Source: an uncultured Deferribacteres bacterium
Lineage (GTDB): Bacteria > Zhuqueibacterota > Zhuqueibacteria > Zhuqueibacterales > Geothermadaptataceae
Length of the DNA: 43,953 nucleotides
Assembly: GCA_964014485.1 (NCBI GenBank)
Contig: CAXHAT010000046.1
Location: 1-43,953 of the forward strand
Direction: 5' to 3'
Below the pieces are notes generated by a model, which saw nothing but the letters and a program-made list of their open reading frames with translations, made no database searches and was not told the DNA's origin. Each line of letters starts with the position of its first letter. Position 1 is the stretch's first letter. A program made the position numbers and the translations under genes. Of the stretch, positions 1 to 7,388 are shown piece by piece.

Positions 1-1126
1 GAGCCTCCTGATTCTGATTTGTTTGTCCTGACTGAGCGCTGCCGCTTTGCCGGTTCTCTTGCTTTTGCTGATTCTGTTGTTGTTGATCCTCGAGAGATAG
101 TTCACCAGAAGAGGCAGGTTGATCATCACTCTTTTGAGTCAGTTCACTCGTTTCGCCAGTTTGCTCCTGATGCGACGAGTCATTACCTGGACGTGAAGCA
201 GATGAAACATCAAGGACAAACTGAAGAGGATAAATATAGCTCGCCTTTTCACCTTTCCCGGATTCTTGCTCAGTTTCCTCTATTGTCGATGGTGTCGTTG
301 CAACGCTTGTATCCGCAGCGGTAACTGTCTCTTCGTTTTCATTACCTTCTTGTTGATCTGTTTCGGTCCCCTGGTTTCCAAAAGTGTTTGTATTTGAAGC
401 TATACCAGTCTCGCTTTCTCCTTCTTCTTCGCTAGTTTGCGTTTCTGGCGTATCGGATTCAGCAGGTATGGTTTCCGTTATTTGGGTCGTGTCGCCGATA
501 ATTATTTCAACACCTTCACCTGTTTCATAAATACCCTTTCTAAGCCGCATGGTATAAAAACGGGTTTGTCCATAAAGCGTGCCAGTTCTTGTCGGAATTT
601 GCATGACAAAATAATACATATCGTAGGAATAGAATAAGAAAACGCCGTATTTGTCAGATCGATCTGATCGGTTAAGATATTTCGTCCAATATGTTGTTAA
701 CCGTTCAGCACCTTTTCCGCCTGCAGATTCAAATTCATCTCGCATGATTATTTCTTGGCTATGTGCTAATCTTAAACGATTTTCATGAACCTCGACAATC
801 GGCCAACCATTAATCCTCGCAGCATTCAATGCCGGAGTAACATCGTCATATCCCATCTTGGGATCACCGGAACTGAAAAATACGGGATTTCCTTGTTGAT
901 CATATTCTTGGAATCGGATACCAATATCGCTGATTGGCATCTCGTTTGCGCTAAGCTGGGAATGGAGAATACTCGATAGCTGCGCCGGTGAATTCTGTAT
1001 CATCATGCGCATGCCGGTGATGAGGATGAGCAATAGCACGATACCAACACTGGAAGCCATGGCATCGACAAGTGAAATACCGCCAAATTCAAAAAGCTTT
1101 TCTGATATTTTAGAAATTCGTTTCAT
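1..1126 (-). CDS. ExbD/TolR-like single-pass membrane protein with long acidic/Gln-rich low-complexity extension (3' end beyond window)
   Basis: Absent from the ORF track because it runs off the edge. ATG at 1126 overlaps the upstream TGA (ATGA). Manual translation is open to position 1: MKRISKISEKLFEFGGISLVDAMASSVGIVLLLILITG..., with Asp21 just before a TM helix, then a globular part, then an E/Q/T/S-rich tract. Lies downstream of a MotA/ExbB-family gene. Confidence 0.7.
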   Translation of the reverse strand, partial: MKRISKISEKLFEFGGISLVDAMASSVGIVLLLILITGMRMMIQNSPAQLSSILHSQLSANEMPISDIGIRFQEYDQQGNPVFFSSGDPKMGYDDVTPALNAARINGWPIVEVHENRLRLAHSQEIIMRDEFESAGGKGAERLTTYWTKYLNRSDRSDKYGVFLFYSYDMYYFVMQIPTRTGTLYGQTRFYTMRLRKGIYETGEGVEIIIGDTTQITETIPAESDTPETQTSEEEGESETGIASNTNTFGNQGTETDQQEGNENEETVTAADTSVATTPSTIEETEQESGKGEKASYIYPLQFVLDVSSASRPGNDSSHQEQTGETSELTQKSDDQPASSGELSLEDQQQQNQQKQENRQSGSAQSGQTNQNQEA

Positions 1127-1608
1127 TCTGAAGAATATAATTCTTTATTGAGTTCTTTTAGCTTTGCAACCATTTCTTTATTGATTACAAGCCGGCGAAA
1201 TCGCCATATCTCTAGTTCTCCAAGAATCTCTTCGGCTTTTAGAAATATATTGTTGCTTCCAGGGTATACAAAAAAGAGCGCCAAGTTATCGGAGTTTGCT
1301 TTTAAGAAACTATTTGCAAAACTACGAAATCCATTTTGCTCCTGCTCCAAGTCAGCGAGAGTAAATTCTTCGTCTGTCATTTCAATGCGTAATTTATCAG
1401 GCAGAGTTGAAATCACAAAACCGGCTTTTTTGCCAAGGGTAGTTTGCGTGATGCCACCGATTTTTGTCGGATCATTCATCTCCCTCTCAACATGCTTTTG
1501 GAGCAAGATCATAATGACGAGAATGATGATTAACATCCCATAAGCGCCCCCAAAAATTTCCATCATCTGGAATATTGGTACGTCAGGCTTTTGTTGCCGC
1601 CCTGCCAT
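1123..1608 (-). CDS. ExbD/TolR-like single-pass membrane protein (161 aa)
   Basis: N-terminal PIFQMMEIFGGAYGMLIIILVIMILL TM segment with Glu17; small beta/alpha C-terminal domain; immediately follows the MotA/ExbB-family gene. Confidence 0.6.
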   Translation of the reverse strand: MAGRQQKPDVPIFQMMEIFGGAYGMLIIILVIMILLQKHVEREMNDPTKIGGITQTTLGKKAGFVISTLPDKLRIEMTDEEFTLADLEQEQNGFRSFANSFLKANSDNLALFFVYPGSNNIFLKAEEILGELEIWRFRRLVINKEMVAKLKELNKELYSSE

Positions 1609-1629
1609 CTTTCTTCTCTACAGTTTAGG

Positions 1630-2853
1630 TTAGAATTTCTGTATCAACAATTCTGCTTTGGTAACCTGCTCATCTTCAATCTTACGGACATACGAGGCTA
1701 ACAACATGGCAATGATGCTCAGGGAGAGCGCTACAACGGTTGTATCAAAGGCAATTCCCAAACCACCAAGCGCCTCGCTGAAACTGGTTTCGGACGTCGC
1801 GCCTTGGGCAGCTGCTTGGGCTGTATTGTCTAACACCTTCGTCAATGACGAAACACTCAGGCTGATTCCCCAAACGGTGCCGAGAAAGCCCAATATCGGA
1901 ATGGCCCAGATAATAAAGCGAAGGGAAGTATGACTGCTTGTGATCATATTGCGCTCGAGTTCGGCTTGTGAGGCAAAGACATCATCCATAGCCTTTTTGC
2001 TTCGCTTTCCGATTAATTCAATAAGGATTGAGAACCTCTTGTGGAAAATACACTCTTTGTAATGCATCAGTGTGTCCGATAAAAAAGTGACGAACTTGTC
2101 TCGCGCCGGAATTCTGCCCGAAGATATTTCCGGGAAATGATTCATAATCATTGTTTCCGTCTTGATTTCTTTAACAATTCGTTTCGCTTTTAAGTAAAGA
2201 ATAACCAATGCCCAAAAGAATAGCCATACCGTCAGAATTGGGATTATACCCCTATCGACAAACTTTTCCTTAATAACCTGTAACCACGACCAACCGTCTG
2301 CCGGACTCGATGGGAAAAATGTAAACACGAGGTAAAAAATATTCGTGACGATCCCTGCCAAGATAAGAGTGTCAAAATCCGGAACATCAAAATTATTTCT
2401 GTCATAAACGCGACGCGAAGAGACTTCATTTTCCTTAAAAACGGTTTTGGTGAACAGTCTTCCCGTCTTTAAAAGCGTTCGAATCATCAACAGAAAAAAA
2501 ATAAAAAACAAAGGCAAGAAGTAACCGCCATATCCAGTTGGAATGTTCTGTGAAAAATGCTTAAAGGTAAATCCAGTCATGACAAAGGAAGCATGAACCA
2601 AAAAAGCGGCGCTTATTACAAAGAACACACGGCTCCAATCTTTATAATTCTTGCTCAACAAAAACCCATACACTCCCCATAACACGAACATGGCTCCGCC
2701 GGATAAAATACCGAGATTGAATCGATCAATAATCCAAAGTGTATTCAAGTAACCGAAAGCTGTTGCAAACCATATAGCCACTTTCTTTATATCGATGTTC
2801 TTTCCCGGACTTCTATATCCTTCCTGCCGATCATAAGAAAAATCTCTTTCCAT
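1630..2853 (-). CDS. MotA/TolQ/ExbB proton-channel family protein with extra N-terminal TM helices
   Basis: C-terminal IIWAIPILGFLGTVWGI...LGIAFDTTVVALSLS signature; about 5-6 additional hydrophobic segments in the N-terminal half. Confidence 0.88.
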   Translation of the reverse strand: MERDFSYDRQEGYRSPGKNIDIKKVAIWFATAFGYLNTLWIIDRFNLGILSGGAMFVLWGVYGFLLSKNYKDWSRVFFVISAAFLVHASFVMTGFTFKHFSQNIPTGYGGYFLPLFFIFFLLMIRTLLKTGRLFTKTVFKENEVSSRRVYDRNNFDVPDFDTLILAGIVTNIFYLVFTFFPSSPADGWSWLQVIKEKFVDRGIIPILTVWLFFWALVILYLKAKRIVKEIKTETMIMNHFPEISSGRIPARDKFVTFLSDTLMHYKECIFHKRFSILIELIGKRSKKAMDDVFASQAELERNMITSSHTSLRFIIWAIPILGFLGTVWGISLSVSSLTKVLDNTAQAAAQGATSETSFSEALGGLGIAFDTTVVALSLSIIAMLLASYVRKIEDEQVTKAELLIQKF

Positions 2854-2883
2854 AACGCCTTCCTTTTTTAGCTTATAAATAAC

Positions 2884-5634
2884 CTACTGGAATATTCTGG
2901 AAAACAATGAGATGTTATTATCACTTACACACCTGAAACCCACCCAACTCTCTCTAGCGAGTGGTGATCCGGTTCTGTTAAAATAACGAAGCGCCTCATA
3001 GTCGTTAAAGGATTTATAACCACCGCCTTTTATATAATATCTCTCAGCATCTTTAGACGGCTTTCTTACCGGACCGTCTATCATCCACTCAGCTACATTT
3101 CCTGCCAGTTGGAAAACGCCTTCGGGGGACGCGCCCAATGCTAATGTGTCTACGTGCAAGGTTAGCTCCGGATAAGTCTCTGCACGAGCATCATTTACAT
3201 GCAAGGAATCATAGGCATGACCCCAAGGGAACAATCGGCCATCTTTGCCGCCAACAGCTGCCTCCCATTCATACCAGTATGGCAGTCTCTTTCTCTTCCA
3301 TGTCGCATAAGACATCGCATCATACCAATCTATCCCAACGACGGGATAGTTAGGTCGATTTAGTTGGTCGTCATCAGAATAATCCGAACGATGGTCTTTT
3401 CCAACAGGTTCGCTAACATAGCATTTTACATGACCGTTCGTTCTCACCCAACGCAAGAAAATATCATATTCGCGATTCGTCACTTCATACTTATCCATCC
3501 AAAATCCATCAATGCTTTTTTTAAAATGCGGCTCATAACCGTTTCTTTCAAAAAAATACTCCAGCCAGCCATGTGTTAGCCTGCCAGTAGATCGATATGC
3601 TTGCAATAGCTCTGATTGAATCTTTACACCAACGGTTCTAGTCCCAGGTGAAAAATATATCATATCTTGAATATCTGTGTAGTCTGCTTCTTCTCCTTCC
3701 GTAACGGCGCAACGGATCCCGGAGTAAAGATTGTCAATATCGAGTTCGTTCAAAATTTTTTCATCATAACGTGTATGCACATGAAGAGCGCCTTCGAACT
3801 TACCATAAGCATCCCAATCGCTATCAATTTTAAGGGTGAATGAACTGTCAGGATGCTTCCAGAGCCATTCAGCAGCATTACCAATCATGCCATAAAGGCC
3901 TTTGGGGTTGATACCTACCCGTATATCGTTACTCGCGAAACTGGTTCTTTCTCCTCCGCGTTCAAGTGTATTAACCCGCCTGGGATCAAACTCATTACCC
4001 CAAAAATATAATGTTGTTGAATCCACGTCACCTCGTGCGGCGACTTCCCATTGTTCAACAGTTGGAAGTTTTTTTCCAACCCAACCTGCATAAGCCGAAG
4101 CATCATGATAGCTGACACTAATTACAGGTTTTTCATTTTCTAATAACGCATCTACTTTCTTTATCAAGCTTTCCGACAGCTTGTTGCCTTTATATATATA
4201 ACCATCACGTCGGATACGATAAGCTAAAGGTAAATGATCAAGATTCCGTGGTTCAGGATAGCAGCGCACATGCCCATTCTGAGCAATAAATTCAAGAAAT
4301 TTTTTGTATTGGGCATTTGTCACTTCATATTTATCAATCCAATAGCCTTTGCCGATATTAATCTTTTTTTCTCCTTCGGATATAAACGAAGTGATATCCG
4401 AGTACTTTGCAATCGCACCTTGCAGATACTTTAAATACGGTGTGTCAGGCTTATATCCGACGGGGTAACTACCCGAGGAGATTTTTATCATATCTTTATC
4501 AGGTGCAACCGGAATTGAAAAAATAGCAGCGGATATAATCAGAAATAAGCCTATGATAATCACGAGCTTTTTATGTTTTTCGAAAAAGGAGAATGGAGAG
4601 GTACCGATTTTCTCAGGTGCATCACTTGATGGTCCAGTAACAGCTTCGGACGAGATGCCATAAGATGTAATGATCCGCGCTTCGATGAGTTGTTTGGTGT
4701 TATCAATTTTTTCCACTACATCGGTTTCATTTTGCAGAACGGCAATTTCTCGTAAACTATCAAAACCTTGATTGATTTTCTTGAAATCCTCCGGCTTGTC
4801 GGCATTTGAAAAAGTATTCAATAATTGATCGAATTGTTCAATAAGCGATTTTGAAGCCCGATTATAAGCAAAGGGGATGTTTTCGCCGTCTTCGGTATTG
4901 AAACTCCTAGGCTCCTGCTGATTGCCTGGCAATTTTATAACGTTCGTTTTAACGGTATTATAAATATCATTCATTAAGAGAATATTGCGGGATCGATAAT
5001 CCCTGCGTCCTATCTTTTTGACACCAGTTTCCAGTGTATGAATAAGCTCTCTTGAAAAAATAGGGAAATCCTCGTTTGGCGGGGCCCAAGCCCGTTCATC
5101 CTCACGACTTGCGGTCATAATAAATGTTCCGGAACTATCAGTCTTCAGCCTATCGTCAATAATGTAATCTGCCCCAGAACCTAGAGCGCCTTCAGCATAA
5201 GCGCCGGCAAAACAGCAATCCAAAATGATAATTTTTTTTTCGGCCTGGCTTTGGTTGAAAAATTTTTGAATATCCCACTTTGACAGGCTTGTTGCGATCA
5301 AGTCGTCTTTATCGGTGTCCGAAACGGCAAGGTGCAATTCTCCGTTTAGTCTTTCCATTTCAAGCACACCATGCCCTGAAAAATAAAACAAAATCAGGTT
5401 AAACTCTCGTGTTGATACATCAAGAAGCCGTGTTCTGGCTTCTAACCTAGTCACTTTTTCTGTCAGCAACTCTACATGTTTAAAACCACAAATCTTTTCG
5501 TCACGCAAAAGTTCAGCGATTTTTCTGGCACTTCTAGCACAAGACGGCCTGTCATCGAAATCCATGGATTCATATTGACTTACGCCAACCACTAAGGCAA
5601 TGCTATTGTCATGAAGTTGAATAGCCATACTCAC
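2884..5634 (-). CDS. Caspase-family (peptidase C14) protease fused via one TM helix to two FGE-sulfatase (SUMF1/CLec-fold) domains
   Basis: ALVVGVSQY start, FYFSGHG (His88) and IIILDCCFAG (Cys141) dyad; TM LVIIIGLFLIISAAIF; two copies of W.DKYEVTN..Y / PV..(VS/ID)..DA / LP...WE.A / GN.AEW / G.RC. Confidence 0.9.
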   Translation of the reverse strand: MSMAIQLHDNSIALVVGVSQYESMDFDDRPSCARSARKIAELLRDEKICGFKHVELLTEKVTRLEARTRLLDVSTREFNLILFYFSGHGVLEMERLNGELHLAVSDTDKDDLIATSLSKWDIQKFFNQSQAEKKIIILDCCFAGAYAEGALGSGADYIIDDRLKTDSSGTFIMTASREDERAWAPPNEDFPIFSRELIHTLETGVKKIGRRDYRSRNILLMNDIYNTVKTNVIKLPGNQQEPRSFNTEDGENIPFAYNRASKSLIEQFDQLLNTFSNADKPEDFKKINQGFDSLREIAVLQNETDVVEKIDNTKQLIEARIITSYGISSEAVTGPSSDAPEKIGTSPFSFFEKHKKLVIIIGLFLIISAAIFSIPVAPDKDMIKISSGSYPVGYKPDTPYLKYLQGAIAKYSDITSFISEGEKKINIGKGYWIDKYEVTNAQYKKFLEFIAQNGHVRCYPEPRNLDHLPLAYRIRRDGYIYKGNKLSESLIKKVDALLENEKPVISVSYHDASAYAGWVGKKLPTVEQWEVAARGDVDSTTLYFWGNEFDPRRVNTLERGGERTSFASNDIRVGINPKGLYGMIGNAAEWLWKHPDSSFTLKIDSDWDAYGKFEGALHVHTRYDEKILNELDIDNLYSGIRCAVTEGEEADYTDIQDMIYFSPGTRTVGVKIQSELLQAYRSTGRLTHGWLEYFFERNGYEPHFKKSIDGFWMDKYEVTNREYDIFLRWVRTNGHVKCYVSEPVGKDHRSDYSDDDQLNRPNYPVVGIDWYDAMSYATWKRKRLPYWYEWEAAVGGKDGRLFPWGHAYDSLHVNDARAETYPELTLHVDTLALGASPEGVFQLAGNVAEWMIDGPVRKPSKDAERYYIKGGGYKSFNDYEALRYFNRTGSPLARESWVGFRCVSDNNISLFSRIFQ

Positions 5635-6038
5635 TTCGCTAATTGATTTAATATTTCTGTTAACACTTTCTTTTCATTTTGCAATTCATCTTTGTTGTAT
5701 TTCAAAGTAACGGTACGATTTTCATCTTTTTGTTCAATCTTAAATTCAAATATCATTTTTTTATTTTGAAGAGTGACAAAATTTTTTATTGCATCAATTA
5801 GCTTAAGAACAAGAGTTGGAGCAAGTTTTATCAAAATCTCATCAGCGTCAACACTAAGGCTTCCTTCATCATGCGTTGCGCCTGATTTCAGTTCTGGTTC
5901 AAATATGCCTTCTCTGAACAAGACCTTTTTTCTTTTTTGAAGCCAACTGTTTAGCTGGATAAGATTACGATTTGTTTCTGCAAGAGAATTTCCTAAAGGC
6001 GTGATAGTAAGTTCGACTGTCGGTTCATTTTGTAACAT
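5631..6038 (-). CDS. EACC1-like effector-associated constant component
   Basis: 135 aa directly upstream of, and overlapping (GTGA), a caspase. Pattern beta strand - L..L..WL - loop GSL...DEILI.L - amphipathic helix LIDAIKNFV - beta hairpin resembles EACC1 as I recall it. RBS GAGGAG. Confidence 0.65.
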   Translation of the reverse strand: MLQNEPTVELTITPLGNSLAETNRNLIQLNSWLQKRKKVLFREGIFEPELKSGATHDEGSLSVDADEILIKLAPTLVLKLIDAIKNFVTLQNKKMIFEFKIEQKDENRTVTLKYNKDELQNEKKVLTEILNQLAK

Positions 6039-6093
6039 GTCTCTCCTCGAATAAGTGCATAGGACAACGTGTGTTTTGTTCCGTTTGGTTGTG

Positions 6094-6146
6094 AAACAAC
6101 TATTTTTTGTATAAATGAGATTATACGGACAGATGTAATCCGCATA
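6094..6146 (-). other. Putative degenerate attI-like site downstream of intI (copy 1)
   Basis: Minus strand TATGCGG-N14-TATAATC-TCATTTATAC matches the motif at 43117-43155; followed by ATACAAA-AAATA-GTTGTTT in 7-5-7 spacing. Confidence 0.4.
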
Positions 6147-6173
6147 GATATGGGCTATATGTGTGCAAACTTT

Positions 6174-6271
6174 TATGAAAACGATTTTGTTTTAGCTGTT
6201 GGCTAGCCAAATTACGTTAGCTACTATTTCGTTTTCAGTTTGTCGGAAAGTAGTTTTCGGTTTAAACTCAT
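6174..6271 (-). pseudogene. Decayed remnant of the intI-associated accessory ORF
   Basis: MSLNRKLLSDKLKTK* aligns with NRKLPPGKPGTKQ at 42678. DNA patches TGGCTAGCCAACAGCTAAAA and AAAACAAAATCGTTTTCATA match TAGGAAGCCAACGGCCAAAA and AAAACAAGATCGTTTTCGTA in 42822-42875. Confidence 0.6.
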
Positions 6272-6294
6272 AACAACCATTACCAATCTCAGAA

Positions 6295-7291
6295 TTAAAC
6301 CAAACCCAGTGGGCTTTTGACGGGAATTTTCCCGTTGTTTAAAACATTGTGTAAAATCATGGTCATACCCACATCTCAATGGCCGAGCAATTCTTGAAAG
6401 GTTCGAATGTCATATCCGGCTTCCAATAAATGGGTCTTAAAGGAGTGTCTGTATCGGAAAGGATGGCAGCCAGCATGTTTATGAACTCCAGCCTTTGGGA
6501 CCATCGTTTTCGTTGCTTTTTGCACCATGGTCAGATATAGATGATTTCTTCTTTCAGCCACGCTTCCAGAATCATTCGAAATTGGTGTGGTTGGCAAACA
6601 AATTACCATTTGAATTCTTTCGAGGCCGAAGGACATTTTTCTCCAATGCATAAGGCATATAGACACTGCCAAAGCCATTATTTAAATCTTTTTTCGTGCA
6701 GATTTCTACTTTTTTCAAATGCCTTTTGAGCGGAGAAATAACCACATCCAGCAACGTGGTGACGCGATCCTTAATGCCCTTGTCATCGCGTACCGTGATT
6801 TGCTTGTAGCCAAAATCAATGTCCTTCACCCTGAGATTCAAGCATTCAGCCAAGCGCAATCCGGCACCGTAGAGCAGTTGCGCCATGACTTTTTTCATGC
6901 CGTCCAAATGAGCGATAACCTCCAGCGCTTCCTCGTGTGAAAACAGAACGGGCAATCTCTTCGGCTTCTTCGCCCAAACGATGCCTTCGAGATCGGAAAC
7001 GTCTATCTCCAGAACTTCGCGATAAAGAAAGAGAATGGCGCTGCGCGCCTGGATTTGTGTTGAAGCCGAGACATTGTCGTTCACGGCAAGATGGGTGAGA
7101 AAATCGATTATTTCCTCCGCGCCCATTTCCTTGGGATGGCGTTTCTTGTGGAAGACGATGTAGTGGTAAACCCAGGAAACGTAGACTTCCTCGGTTCCGG
7201 GGGAGTAATGCTTGGCGCGCAAGGCACTCCTAACCCGGTCGAACAATTTCGGCTTCAGCGGCGCGGGGTTTTGAGATTGAACAGCGGACAT
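6295..7291 (-). pseudogene. intI: Integron integrase pseudogene
   Basis: KLFDRVRSALRAKHYS, LLYGAGLRLAEC, integron-specific [10 protein letters not shown] segment, then frameshifts near 6640-6590. [24 protein letters not shown] ends in a premature TGA (6376-6378). The IYTHV catalytic-Tyr region is scrambled to ILHNV, followed by VKSPL. Confidence 0.92.
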
Positions 7292-7342
7292 GCACTCCCC
7301 CCTTGCGGGTCAATCACATTTACTTATTTATGGGGTGAATGA

Positions 7343-7371
7343 ATAATATTGCGAGCGCGCCGGGATGTCAA
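7343..7371 (-). promoter_or_regulatory. sigma70-type promoter of intI copy 1
   Basis: TTGACA-17 nt-TATTAT on the minus strand; equivalent promoter at 42508-42536. Confidence 0.7.
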
Positions 7372-7388
7372 GCAAAAACTTGCGTGCA

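Noticed and set aside
1..2853. Zorya ZorA/ZorB assignment
   Set aside because: The channel has no long C-terminal cytoplasmic tail, no OmpA-like domain is visible in the partners, and there are no ZorC/D/E-like genes.
2884..3100. C-terminal CLec/FGE domain as a diversity-generating retroelement target
   Set aside because: No reverse transcriptase and no template repeat of this segment seen in the window; a remote DGR cannot be excluded.
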